Source of the DNA: Antedon mediterranea
Lineage: Eukaryota > Animalia > Echinodermata
Length of the DNA stretch: 64,000 nt
Direction of reading: 5' to 3'
Assembly (NCBI RefSeq): GCF_964355755.1
Contig: NC_092675.1
Coordinates: 9,419,812-9,483,811 of the forward strand
Within the stretch, counting starts at the first letter, position 1; each line of letters opens with the position of its first letter. The position numbers and the translations under genes are program-made. The notes under the pieces are model-generated. The model was not told where the DNA came from and ran no database searches. It was given only the letters and a program-made list of their open reading frames with translations. Below, in pieces: positions 9,401-23,150 of this stretch.

Positions 9401-12400
9401 GATTGTTTGACCACCCTAAACCAATTTCTGAAGTCAAATTCTCTGGACCTTAAAGTGCATACGAAAGTTGATCTAGCTACTAGAGTAATAACCCTTTGGT
9501 CTATTGACAAGATATTGGTATCAAAAAATACTCGGAATATATATATTTATATTTGTTGTAATAGAACATTTTTACTAAATGCAACCGGAAATGCTTTTTT
9601 TCTCTACTATTGACCCTTGACCTTGACTCGTACTGTATCTTAAAAATGGCTGGTCATAGAAATTTAAAAATGGTCTCAAATTGCTCAGACCTTATATATT
9701 TATATTTATTGTAATGCAATATTTTGTTAAAAAATGTCCGGAAGCAAAGTTATTAACCTTTGACATAGAGAATAGCTTACAAGGATTTTTATTCCGTAGC
9801 CTCTGGTCATATCTTCATAACCCTTTGGTCTATTGACAAGATATTGGTATCAAAATACTCGGAATAAATATATTTATATTCGTTGTAATAGACCTTTTTG
9901 ACTAAATGTAACCGGAAATGCCTTTTTTTTACTAGTGACCCTTGACCTTGACTCGCACTGTATCTAAAAAACGGCTGGTCATGGAAATTTAAAAATGGTA
10001 TCAAATTGCTCAGACAATACATATTTATATTTATTGTAATGCAAAGTCTGGTTGTTGTGGACTACCTGAAATGAAAATGAAACTAAAAACATTTAGTAGC
10101 TTGAAGGAGATAAAATCATAAGATGCTGTAAACATCAAAAACCTCTTGGTCACTTCTAACAATCTCACTCCTTAAATTGGTCCGTTGGCTTGGCGATATG
10201 ACTCACAAAATGGCAGTCAATGTTAGCATTGAAAGATTGCTTCTCATATCTCGAAACATCTAAGAAGAAAAACCAAGGAACGTCTAACCACGTAATAATG
10301 TATGGCCGGCAGCAGTTCAATGTATGAGAAACCTCCATTATATGAAAATGTTTCAAGAACAAGCATTAAAGGTACAAAAGTTGAAGAATCAACCACTCTC
10401 ACTCCTTGACTGTCTTAATGGCAACAAGGATGCTGACACAATAAATGCATAGTACTGATGTAATTAAAGATGTTTTAATCCAATTTTGGAGCTCCAGTTT
10501 CTTGGAGCTCCAAAATGTAAAAAGTATAGCAATTAACATTTCAGGAAAAGTGCAGGAAGAATCAATTTGGCTACGTCATTTTAGTGAAGTAGATGAATGA
10601 ATGAATTTCTGCTGTAATTTTTACTATTGTCCAAAGTTGTTTACATAGATAAATGTGCTTACACTATAAAGTATATACTATTTATAAAATATATAAAAAC
10701 TAAATATGTGATTAGAAATTAAATATTCGAATGATGATAATATGTATAAACTCATTTTTTTAATCCTTACCACAAACAATTGACCATACATGCTCAAATA
10801 GATAAATGCTTATATACATAAAGTTCATGTTTATTAGGTCAAAGGTCAATAACTTTACTTCCAGTCATTTTCTAACAAAATGTTCCATTAAAATAAATAT
10901 AAATATGTATGGTCTGAGAAATTTGAGACCATTTTTAAATTTCTATAATCAGCCGTTTTTTAGATACAGTTCGAGTCAATGTCAAGGGTCAATAGTGCAG
11001 AAAAATAGCATTTCCGGTTACATTTAGTAAAAATGTTCTATTACAACAAATATAAATATATTTATTCCGAGTATTTTGATACCAATATCTTGTCAATAGA
11101 CCAAAGGGTTATGGAGATATGACCATAGACTACTGAATAAAAATTCTTGTAAGCTATTCTCTATGTCAAAGGTCAAAATGTCAAACTTTGCTTTCGGACA
11201 TTTTTAAACAAAATATTGCATTACAATAAATATAAATATATAAGGTCTGAGCAATTTGAGACCATTTTAAAATTTCTATGACCAGCCGTTTTTAAGATAC
11301 AGTACGAGTCAAGGTCAAGGGTCAATAGTACAGAAAATAGCATTTCCGGTTGCATTTAGTTAAAATTTTCTATTACAACGAATATAAAATATATATATAT
11401 TCCGAGTATTTTGATGCCAATATCTTGTCAATAGAACAAAGGGTTATGGAGATATGGTCATTTGGTCGCCATTTTGAATTTGGGGCTGTTAACCATGGTT
11501 ACGGGATCGTGAAAATTTGTTACCTAACATTTTTGGTATCCTAGCACCATAATAAAGTGAAATCAAGTAAAATCTCACTTTGGGCATTAAAATCCTACGG
11601 AAATACACAATGACCCTGACTACTAGGCTTATATAGTTTTTAGCTGGAAATCAACAGTAACGTACGAACACCGTACGCTAGATATAGGCCTAGTCTGATG
11701 TTGTCTAGTTGCTGCATTAATTGTCTTTCTATTTTTGCCAGAATCTGGAATACAAATTGGGGGAAACTCTGTATTTTTTATGAAAAAGTTACGATTCTTC
11801 CATTTATTTTGGCCCTCACGATTGATCGAAAGTAGGTGATTCACAGAAGAAAAACTAAAATATCAATCCGCATGCAATACATGTTAAAATTATTAGAATC
11901 AACTTATTTTTCATATTTTTAACAGTTCAAAGAAAAAGGACCATAATAAATAGTATTTATTTTTACATTACATGTAGTTTGTGAGCTTAAATTAGATCTA
12001 AAAAACGTAGGGAAAGGGACTTTAAATAAACAAAAAATATATTAAATAGCAACATAATCCAAAACATACTATGACAGATGTAAACAGGTAATATACAGTC
12101 TGAACAATTATTTGTTAATTTAGTAATTTTTACTAAACAGACTCGGAAAAGACAAGTTCAAAAGGTTATGGCTAATAAATATATTAAGTTATACTTGACA
12201 ATTGTTTAAAACTACTTTGTCAATCAAAAATTAAAAAAGATTAGATTTTCAACCAGTAAGGTGTAAAACTAATAAGCTAGTGAAAATTAATTTGATGATC
12301 TGGTTGGAAATAGGTGACAAAAGATGAAAGTACACAGACATGGGTAAATTGATGATTCAGATTCATGTATTAAAACCTTATAAGAATATAATCTACATTT

Positions 12401-12529
12401 CACTTTGGCAGAAAAATCTGAAGACTATAATATTAACGGTTAGCCTTAGGCCTATCTCAATTATTCAATTTCACCTTCATTTTATGAATAGAACACCTCC
12501 ACAAAACACACTTTTATGACTCAATTAGT

Positions 12530-14175
12530 GATAGATTGGAAGAGTTTTCTATCCCAGCTGGACTCTTGCAACAGGTATTGGCAATTGGCAGTGTAATGTC
12601 GTTCTCTATCCACAGCTGCACTAGTCTTATGTAGTGGCAGGTATTAAAAGGGTGAGGTTATTCTCTATCCCCATTTGCACTCTTATGTAGTGACAGGTAT
12701 TGGAAGGGTGAGGTTGTTCTCTATCCCCAGCTGCACTTTTATGTAGTGACGGGTATTGGAAAGGTGAGGTTGTTCTCTGTCCCCAGGTGCACTCTTATGT
12801 AGTGCCAGGTATTGGAAAGGTGAGGTTGTTCACTATCGCCAGCTGGACTCTTATGTAGTGACAGGTATTGGAATGGTGAGGTTGTTCACTATCCCCAGGT
12901 GCACTCTTATGTAGTGCCAGGTATTGGAATGGTGAGGTTGTTCACTATCGCCAGGTGGACTCTTATGTACTGCCAGGTATTGGAAAGGTGAGGTTGTTCT
13001 CTATCCCCAGGTGCACTCTTATGTAGTGCCAGGTATTGGAAAGGTGAGGTTGTTCTCTATCCCAAGGTGCACTCTTATGTAGTGCCAGGTATTGGAATGG
13101 TGAGGTTGTTCACTATCCCCAGGTGCACTCTTATGTAGTGCCAGGTATTGGAAAGGTGAGGTTGTTCTCTATCCCCAGGTGCACTCTTGTGTAGTGCCAG
13201 GTATTGGAAAGGAGAGGTTGTTCTCTATCCCCAGCTGGACTCTTTTGTAGTGACAGGTATTGGAAAGTTCAGGTTGTTCTCTTTCCCCAGTTGCACTATA
13301 GTCTTATGTAGTGACAGGTATTGGAAGGATGAGGTTGTTCACTATCCCCAGCTGCACGCTTATGTAGTGACAGGTATTGGAAGGATGAGGTTGTTCACTA
13401 TCCCCAGCTGCACGCTTATGTAGTGACAGGTATTGGAAGGATGAGGTTGTTCACTATCCCCAGCTGCACGCTTATGTAGTGACAGGTATTGGAAGGGTGA
13501 GGTTGTTCTCTATCCCCAGCTGGATAGTGACAGGAATTGGAAAGTTCAGGTTGTTCTCTGTCCCCAGCTGCTCTCTTATGTAGTGACAGGTATTGGAAAG
13601 GTGAGGTTGTTCTCTTTCCCCAGTTGCACTCTTATGTAGTGACAGGTATTGGAAAGGTGAGGTTGTTCTCTATCCCCAGCTGCACTTTTATGTAGTGACG
13701 GGTATTGGAAAGGTGAGGTTGTTCACTATCCCCATCTGCACTCTTATGTAGTGCCAGGTATTGGAAAGGTGAGGTTGTTCTCTTTCCCCAGTTGCACTAC
13801 TCTTATGTAGTGACAGGTATTGGAAAGGTGAGGTTATTCTCTATCACCAACTGGACTCTTATGTAGTGACATGTATTGGAAAGGTGAGGTTGTTCTCTAT
13901 CCCCAGGTGCACTCTTATGTAGTGACAGGTAATGGAAAGGTGAGGTTGTTCTCTATCCCCAGCTGGACTTTTATGTAGTGACAGGTATTGAAAAGGTGAG
14001 GTTGTTCTCTATCCCCCAGCTGCACTCTTATGTAGTGACAGGTATTGGAAAGGTGAGTTTGTTCTCTATCCCCAGCTGCACTCTTATGTAGTGACAGGTA
14101 TTGGAAAGGTGAGTTTGTTCTCTATCCCCAGCTATACTAGTGACGTATTGGAAAGGTGAGGTTCTTCTCAAAGGT
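12530..14175. repeat. 56-bp minisatellite, ~28 copies
   Basis: Unit GTAGTGACAGGTATTGGAAAGGTGAGGTTGTTCTCTATCCCCAGCTGCACTCTTAT; edges degenerate. Confidence 0.95.
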
Positions 14176-14979
14176 ATTAAGTTTCTACTGTATTTCTCTA
14201 GCTACAATCTGTTTGTAGTGACAATTATTAGAATGGTTAGACTGTTGTTCTCTCAGCTGTACTCTTTTATAGATTGAAGAATGACATTGGTCTCCATAAC
14301 ACAGACCTACTATAGCTATAGAATGAGTTGTTCTCCTCAGTATAGAAGAGGTATAGTATTTCTAGTCAAAGATGTACTGTATTTCCCCCTGAAAAAATAA
14401 TTCTTAACAACATTTTTGTTGAATATGCCATTTTAATGTAACATAATAGTTATCCACTTTGACCAAAAATTGGATTGAAAAAAAATTAAATAATTTATTT
14501 TGTCATTTTATAAGTGAAAACATTATTTTTTTTCTAATTTTTTTTTTCTACGGAAGTGAATAACTAAATAAAAAATACAGAATAACATAATTCAAAGTCT
14601 GATTTAATTAATCTTCATTTTTTATGTTTTTGGAGGACAATACATCTTAGTATAATATGGTTATATTATTTTGAGCGGAAAGAATTATATAACTAAATAC
14701 TTAATCATGACAAGAACCAAGGTCTACTGGTCTTCCGGGGTGCAAATTCTTGAGAATTGCTGCTCTATGCAGGAAGCATGACTGGATTTACAAAGAAACA
14801 TTAATGATTGAGTATTTCAAGGAAACAAAACACATCAAATTAAGTTTGAAATAATATTGTATGAATTTTTTTAACTTGTCAGTACTAAATAGAAACACAT
14901 AAAATGTTCTACCTAATTCTGCTATTATTCTCCACAACAATATTTGCTCAGTATCATAAGACAATTCTGTAATACAGCA

Positions 14980-16575
14980 CAGGGGTGGCGCCAGGATCTT
15001 CCCGACGCGGGGGCTACATTCCCCGACGAGGGGGCTATGCGAGCGAAGCGAGCATCACTAGTGTGGGGGCCAGGGGGCCGCCAAGGGCTCCCGGTGGGGG
15101 TCCAGGGGGCGAAGCCCCCGGAAGCAACGCGTTCTAGCGTCATTTGAGGTCATTTTAATCAGATTTAGGGTAGCCATTTTTTCCATTTTTTATAATGCAT
15201 AAATAAAATACTGTGTGCAAAAAAACGATGCGCGATGACTGTTTCAATCCATATTTTTCAATTTAAAAAATAAAAGTTCGAAGAAAATTTTGAAAAATAG
15301 AGTTGGAGGTCCCGGAAATTGGACTTATTATACTTCAAAACATGAAACAAAATATATAAGTCCCTATCATGGTTGTGACTGAGCTAAGAAATTTTTGAAA
15401 AATAGAGATGTTAGGTCCCGGAAAATGCACTTCTTGTACTTCGAAATATGACCAGCTTTATTATTGGGGCTGAGCTAAGAAACTGTTTAAAACTAGAGCT
15501 GCAGGTCTTCAAAAAATTGCATTTTATACTTTGGAAACATCAGGCCTAGAGGCTTAAAAAAGCAAGCGTAGACCTTTTTCAGTCGGGGAAATAAATTTAT
15601 TCCTCCCAAGTGTATGCGTGCGTACCACCATCTGGACTTCCGAGTGGTGAGAAATTCATGACATACATGACATTGAAAATGTAATAACTTAGCTATAATA
15701 AGATGTTGGCTAAGCGAAAATGGCATGTTTTTTTGTTTAGTAATGGATGAAAAATTTATTTTAGGTGCCCCACGGTAGAGAAGGTTACTTGTAAATTAAA
15801 AAATTGGTGAACATACGAACAATTAACATAATTCGTTTTTTCTGTAGTGTAGCGTACGTCGACGCAGTACACGACGTAACCGTCAGTAAACTTCGCCTGG
15901 AAAATAACTACAGTACACATTTTTGGTCCCTGGATGGAACATGATATCACGCGTCTCGACCCAACGTTGAACGATTCGTACAAAGGGATACCGCCAGACA
16001 AGTGCAAACCTAGCTATTGTTTAGTAGTAAGTTAGATCGCTGGCAATAATGGATGCATATAAAGTGCATAATATCACTCTGACGTACTCTCACAGTCAAT
16101 GAAACGTCACGGTTTTCTAGGCGCTGAAGCTAGCTACGAAGTGAACGCGAACGCTTTTTACTGTATATTATATTCCCCGACAAAAAGTACCCGTGTTCCC
16201 TTCGGTAACCGTCGGTAAACTTCGCCTGGAAAATAACTACATTACACATTTCGGTCCCTGGATGGAACTTGATATCACGCGTCTCGACCCAACGTTGAAC
16301 GATTCGTACAAAGGGATACCGCCAGACAAGTGCGAACTAACTATTGTTTAGTAGTAAGTTAAATCGCTGGCAATAATGAATGCATATAAAGTGCATAATA
16401 TCACTCTGACGTACTCTCACGGTCAATGAAACGTCGCGGTTTTCTAGGCGCTGAAGCTAGCTACGAAGTGAATGCGAACGCTTTTTACTGTATATTATAT
16501 TCCCCGACAAAAAGTACCCGTGTTCCCCGACGAGGGGGCTAGAGCCCCTTAGCCCCCCCGCTGGTGCCACCACTG
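14980..16575. mobile_element. Non-autonomous hAT-like DNA transposon with an internal ~329-bp tandem duplication
   Basis: TIR CAGGGGTGGCGCCAG / CTGGTGCCACCACTG, 8-bp TSD ATACAGCA (14972-14979, 16576-16583). 15876-16200 is repeated at 16205-16528. Confidence 0.9.
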
Positions 16576-16712
16576 ATACAGCATCTCATGTTTATCACAT
16601 GTGGTGCCTGTATCATGTAAGGTTTTGTTAAGATATATTGGTCTATTACCAGACAATACATAAAACACATGAGACGCTGTAGTGTAATATTGAATTTATA
16701 TTTATAATCCAT

Positions 16713-18175
16713 CCCGGGGGGGTCACTTGTATATAAACCAAACGGGGCGGGGGGGGGGGGGCGGGTGCAGCAGCCACTGCAAGACATGAGGCACTTGCGC
16801 TACCTGTTTTACTGAAAAATACTACGGACTTGAACTACCATTTATTTATTACCAAAATCCAGTGTTCTCTAAAAAGACGGCAGAAACAAGGCCACGCCAG
16901 AGAGGGCGCAATATTTGTACTGGTTCCAGAGCCATATATATAAAGAGTTACGACATTGAAAATTAGAAGCCATTTTTGTGTCAAAGAATACGCACGCTGA
17001 GGGCGCGCGCGTCTCTTTTGTATAGCGTTTTCCTGTAGTTCCATGCATTATTTTTAGATTTTGTTGTCAATGAAATAACGCTTAGATTCCGTTTTTATTT
17101 TAGTAAATAAAGTTATTAATGGTATTAATTTGGTAACATATATATTGTGTCTATAATAACAAAAGAATAAATGCTAGGGCCTACATGCAAGTCAGGATAC
17201 ATCAAAGCATGAACCAATACAAAAAACACACAAATTCACCCCTCTTTTTATACAGTATATGGCTCTCTGTGTGTTTTTGACACAAACTTTCAGAGACTCG
17301 TTCATCATTTCATTTGTAATAATTTGCCTTTATTATTTTAATATTGTTCATACCTATTCAATATATTAACAAATATATCCACGACACTTTATTATTTTAT
17401 TTAGTCATCAAAGAATGCATTATGAATTGAAAATTACATAATTGTTATTAATGGGACGTAGTTATGGGATGTTTTGTTCCAAAATCAATCAATCGAACGT
17501 TATAATGTACTAGCGTACGCGCGCGCAATATTCTTTGGCGCAAGTGGTTCTGTACGCTGTGCACGTCGATATTCCACCATAAAATGTGCAATTACATTTT
17601 TTTTAATATAAGAAAAAGTTTTAAGTAATTTCTTGCTCCTATACTTTACATGCATTAACGGAGACAAGTTTGACACAAATTGATCTGCATATCACGTGAC
17701 TTAAATCCAATGTCGTAACTCTTTATATATATGGCTCTGACTGGTTCCCACAGCATGATCTGCGCATGGCCAAAGAGACCGTTCATGGAAAAATCACGAA
17801 CGTGTTTTGAAAGTTTATCGCGCATCGGCCGAAGGGTGCATACAGTTGAATGATTTTGTCCAAGGGTGGATGTTTCGTGTTCTTCTGCTGATGCGAAAAC
17901 TCTAGGCCTATTCAAAGGTATTTAGCGATAGGCCCCACGATGGGCTTATAGCATCCAGTATGCTAAAATACCTGCAAAATTTGGCAATAAATCGTGACAT
18001 TTTGACACGGGTGGGCAGGCTATGGACTTAAACTACTAATTTCACCCTGTCATTTCCCACACTTGTGCTACCAACTCTTCATATTTTCCCACACTTGTGC
18101 TACCAGGCCCTCGAAAATATACCCGTAAATGCGGCACCTCCCCGTATGGAAATATTTAAGAGTGACCCCCCCGGG
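16713..18175. mobile_element. Non-autonomous TIR element, 8-bp TSD, superfamily unassigned
   Basis: Perfect TIR CCCGGGGGGGTCACT / AGTGACCCCCCCGGG, TSD TAATCCAT (16705-16712, 18176-18183). Confidence 0.9.
16927..17739. mobile_element. P-superfamily-like MITE nested in 16713-18175
   Basis: 32-bp TIR CAGAGCCATATATATAAAGAGTTACGACATTG, 8-bp TSD ACTGGTTC (16919-16926, 17740-17747). CANRG termini suggest P (inference). Confidence 0.88.
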
Positions 18176-20593
18176 TAATCCATTCACAATTGTTCAAAAT
18201 CACCTGAAACTTGAAAGAAATAGGATAAATTGAGAGGTAATCATTATCTTCATACAGAAATTAACTCCCAATAGAAATGTAATTGAAAATTTTTCTAGTA
18301 GTAGAGCAATGTTATTTGAATTGAGTTTCAATAATAACCTGATTTAACATATTCATCTTACATTCTCATATGGAACATGGGTTTGAAATTTTTAGCTTAC
18401 AAAATTACAAAATAGAGAATGAAATTGAGAATATTAAATAATGAAATATTAAACAAAAATAATTATCTGTATAATATTTTAAATTGATTTAAAAAAAAAG
18501 TTAACTTAAAAAAGATGCTTCTGGATGATCCAGATGGAAAGATGATTTTAATAATCTTGACCCTGTCATTAAACAGAATAGGCCCTCTAGAGGTCAGTCT
18601 GTTTGATGATAGATCGTCATTATTTCTGAAGAAGCTGTCCAATCAGGACAGCGAAACTGTCAAGGTTAGTTGTTACTAATTATTGGTTTGGAAAAAAGAA
18701 TATTTTCAACAATGATTTTAATAAGTTTCATTTTTAAGAACTTGGCACGACTGGTGTGGAGTAGTAGGATGGTTTGGTTTCTAGTCGTTTCCTGAACCTG
18801 TTAGCAAGTCCGTCACTTATGAACCATCTGTCAATCATACAATTTGCAGTATTACTATGTAATTCATAGAAAAAGTAATTTAGGCTAAACAATTTTAAAG
18901 TCTACTTGCCCTTGATAATACAAGACAATTGAATATTAAATTGATGATATACTGTGCATACACCACCTGAATAAGACTTAGGGTTCAGACCTACGGAGTT
19001 ATGCTTTCGTATTGTACGCGGCATACAACTCCATACAGTGTAGGTCTGAACCAGGAAAAGATTAGTGGAAGCCACCTCGTACGACACTACTTTTTCGTTC
19101 ATTAAAAGATTAGTGAACACCGCTTACGATACGAAAGTAACGCATCAACGATTTTTTTTTGTAAAAAGCACTGTAAATATACGTTTTTATGGTTCTATTA
19201 TAATACCAAAAAAATGTACGATTGATTGAATAAAGTTCACATATATAAAATTTACAGTGTTTATTTATTTAGGTTAAGGTATGCAAACTATTATACAACT
19301 GATGTATGCAACTAGTCTGCCACCCACTGTAATTTTCACCATAATAAATAGTGCATTGTTTACTCCGGAATTGGCATAATTGCTGTTCTGGAAACATTTA
19401 AACAGTATCATAGTAGGAGTGTTCTGTATCTGAATTAGGCAAAATAACACTACTAAATACCCTTTTCACATTTGAATAAATTGATAATTGTAATGTAACA
19501 AATTTGTCAAAAAAAGTTGAGGTTTGATCTCCCAATTACACTTTTTCACTTTACAGTTTCGCGCTATTTGATTACATGATTGGTCAGCAAGGCATTTACA
19601 TGCGCGGTGTAACAACTTGGAACACATTGCTATGCAAATCTGGTTACAACTTGTTACAAGTACAATTTCTTGTAACATAAACAAAGAACTCTTACATAGC
19701 TGTTGTATTAGATAAAAAAAATATGTATTAATTAATATTAAAGACGGGCATCTTTAGGAATGAAAATGCAAAACATGTCCAGAAGTTAATTTACTCCCTC
19801 ACGTTCATGTTAATAGCTTAACCTGATTATAATTATCAGTTAAGCAGTCAAGTAATATGTCAAATGTTAAATTAGTAATTTATAGCTGTGAGGTTGCAGA
19901 ACTTTGACACACATATGCACACCAATATTATAGATCCTCACTCTATACAGTTCGTGATATTAACATTAGAATTTTGTTTTTTTTATGTTGGACTATTGTA
20001 CAAATTGAATTGGGTTAATTGGTAATTTTGCAGAACTGATTAAAACAATACTAGTATTGTAATATTCAATCTTTGACTAAATTAAATTCATCTTCATCAT
20101 TGTCGCTGCTGTAGGCCTACTGATTAGGGAGTTACACGTCCTCTAAGTATACCTCCACTTCCACCTGGTCTTTAGTTTGAACAGGATGTTGTGATAATAT
20201 AATGGAATAATAAAAAATACAATATCCTTCCATATATTAAACATTCATATTAAACCAAATATTATGAACAATTAAATTGATAATAATTGGCTAACATTTT
20301 GTGGAATTTTATTTGGCAAGGAAACACTTGAAGTAAACAGATATTATCACTGGAAGGATGTTTATCCTTGGTAATATAAAAGAGGCAGTTATATAAAAGG
20401 ACATTCATTTTAAATACACATACAGTAGCTAACAAGAAAATATTTTCACTCACAGGTATTTAGGTAACCTAAGATTTGAAAGTGAAAGGAAAAAGTAGTT
20501 ATAAAGTATAACCCATCCAGTCGTGCATAGCCTCTAATTAAATAAGTGTGGTATATATTCAAGTCCAACAAGTAAACGCATACTAGAGAAACC

Positions 20594-22078
20594 ATGACGG
20601 AGATAAAAGCCAACACTATGGACTTGTCTCTGGTAATGGACAGTGAGCGGGAACTTCGCAGCCGTATAGTTCAGATGCGTAAACTCGTCAACATTTCACT
20701 TGGCCTTGCAATTGTATGTACAGTTTTACTATGTATAGTAATACCAACTTTATGTAGCATCATTGGGTCAGATAAAGCACGTATAGATCACCTGACAAGA
20801 AATGAAGTAAGTACTGTATGTGGCTACAAGAGCCAACAAATAGTTTTGACAACATAAAGTTGTTGCACACCGTTTTGTAATTACCAAACAATGAAGAAAA
20901 TAAACGTTTTTTGGGCGTTTTTTATTTTATTTCAGGAACAAATTTTAAAGTTATCAACTTCTGGAGATTACAGTTCAAGCAATGGTTCACAAAAGAAAGG
21001 CAAGTCTGAGTCAAAAAAGCACTGCGGATTCACACAATAAAAATGATACAAAAGTGGTTTCAGTTGTGAAATAACACATCTCAGTGATATAAAACTTCAG
21101 AGGATTTTGCTCAAAATATACAGTGTGGCTTTCATATGTCAAAACTGTTAATTATGCAAATAAATTCATCCATTTCAAACATCAACTGAAACCATTGAAG
21201 TTTTTTTTGTAGTAATTAAAGGTATTTCATATGGAATTTTAATTACACCTTCAAATACAGTATCTTTATTTAATGGTTGTTTGTTACTTGTTACAGTTCC
21301 CGAGTCTAAATTGACTATATTTACCCGTTGGGGGAGTGTAGATTGTCCAGGTACTGCTAAATTGATCTACAATGGTAAGTGCTCAGCTTCGCAATTTTCT
21401 TGAAAACAATACTAGCAAATAACAATAATGTAGTTCTATAGGATAAATGATGTGACAATCATCAATAAATATAGCCATGTTGTAAAAACAAGTCACTAAT
21501 GTTATAATCTGATGCAAACTTGAGCCGGATTGGAGCAGATGTGAAAGAACCCTTAACCATTTAAGTACACAAAATAATCTTTACACTCTTAGGTAGGACG
21601 TCTGGGGCACCATACGGTTCAACTGGCAGTGGCGGAAACTATCTCTGCTTAACAGAAAAACCACAATACAACTTCACGGTACCATCACATCAAATAGAAA
21701 GAGGGTCAATATATGGCACGGAATACAGGTATGGAGATAGGCAGTTTAGCCCCCTATCAGACAACCATTTCCATGATGCCCCTTGTGCCGTTTGCCAAGC
21801 AGCTCGAAGTGCCACACTAATGATGCCAGCAGTTACAGAATGTCCGAACGGTTGGACTAAAGAATACGGTGGTTGGTCGCGATGATCAAAAACGTACAGA
21901 GTTTATCTGCGTAGATGGTGCTCAATCTGTTGTGCCTGGTACAAGTAATCAATTTCCAGGAAATCAAGCCAGTACGTTGTTCCTTGTTGAGGGGAGATGC
22001 AACACAGAAGGTGGTGGACTGCCTTGTTCGCCTTACAAAGAAGCGTTTGAGCTACCTTGTGTAGTTTGTACTAGGTAA
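20594..22078 (+). pseudogene. Copy 1 of membrane-anchored short-chain-collagen C4/NC1-like domain gene, frameshifted
   Basis: Exons 20594-20806, 20936-20999, 21297-21374, 21593-22078. A net 11-bp loss at ~21873 relative to copy 2 (GYLMA missing) gives TGA at 21883-21885. The intron 2 donor is GC (21000-21001). Confidence 0.85.
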
Positions 22079-23150
22079 TTTTATACTCAAATCAACAAAA
22101 ACCAGTATAAATTACAAACTTGCGTAACAATGAATCTGAAAACCTTTCAGTTGCAATGTTGAAAAGAGTAGAAAATACATTATCAATGAATTCAACTCAA
22201 CTGTGTCGACATAAGCACTCTGAGCAACTGACCATAACTCACCTTAACTGACAGGCACAACAAAAATGCGCCCATGTTCTATTTTTTCCGTAAACTGAAG
22301 GGAACTGAAAACTTTAAATCGGTTCACGCGTGGGATATGGGTCTGTGACCAGTTTGTGTTTTACACTAGTAGCCTTTTGTCTGAGAAGTTCACAACCGAT
22401 ACCATGCAATAAACAAAATTCAAGTCTACAGCTTATTTTTCAATTAAAATTTCCATGTTGAAAATTATATTTGGCTACAGAATTATGTGTCTGTATTCAT
22501 TCACTCTGTACATTTTGACAATTTCCAGTTATTTACGCTAAAGCTCCTGTATTCAAGAGCCATCTGGGCAATTGCAAGAGCGTACATATACATTTACATA
22601 GGGACATAGGGTTTTTTAGGACGTAGGTCTGAAGTTGTATTCATAAGGAAAAATTTCAGTAACCTTTTTTTCAATGGTTTAGAACATAGGTTCATACAGT
22701 ATATCGGTTTCAAACGACGCATCCATCAAAAAAAAAACCAATGTAATGGTCTACAAAAGGAATAATATAAATGTATAATAATCTTATGTTACTAAGCTTT
22801 TAAAATTTACGTCAAAATTTCTACTAAACACACTTTGTAAATAAATCATAAAAAATATAAATGTTGATTTTTTTATTGTTTCTTTTGCTTATCTGGACTC
22901 ATTATGTAGATTTTGCATTGCAATTTACGGCGACAACTGTACGACGAGCGCATGCGGCGATATCCTTAATCTTGTGATTGTTCTGAAATCATATGTACAT
23001 CCCTAATACATTGTAAAAATAGGGTCCTCTGTAAAAAAATATGCAATTAATGATGACATAATCAACCCTTTTTATCATATTTTCATAATAAATCATAAAT
23101 ATGATACATACACTTTAAGAAAATGAAATGAAAAATATGGTTCACTGAGC

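Larger units (their letters stand above)
652..9487. mobile_element. Non-autonomous long-TIR element B (TIR ~1.25 kb) nested in the left arm of A
   Basis: Termini TACTCTAGTAGCTAGATC / GATCTAGCTACTAGAGTA, TSD ATA (649-651, 9488-9490). Removing it restores atatctccATAaccctttgg, which mirrors the right arm of A. Left arm 652-1707 plus 7181-7365 is the reverse complement of 8223-9487. This explains the twin ORFs 619..873(-) and 9266..9613(+). Confidence 0.88.
464..11622. mobile_element. Non-autonomous long-TIR (foldback) DNA transposon A, Academ-like; about 2.3 kb without nested inserts
   Basis: Termini TAGTCAGG (464-471) / CCTGACTA (11615-11622), 3-bp TSD CTA (461-463, 11623-11625). 495-650 is the reverse complement of ~11445-11602, and 9491-10043 mirrors ~10835-11447, with ~330-bp subrepeats. 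TAG termini, 3-bp TSD and long TIRs fit Academ; no transposase seen. Confidence 0.8.

Noticed and set aside
12530-14175. CRISPR-like appearance of this and the other arrays
   Set aside because: Units are head-to-tail without unique spacers, there are no cas genes, and the context is eukaryotic.
14925-15147. GC-rich ORFs on both strands
   Set aside because: Subterminal region of the hAT-like element, no coding motif.
18515-18664. 50-codon open stretch ending in AG|GTTAGT
   Set aside because: No recognisable homology or partner exon, and not present upstream of the other paralogs.
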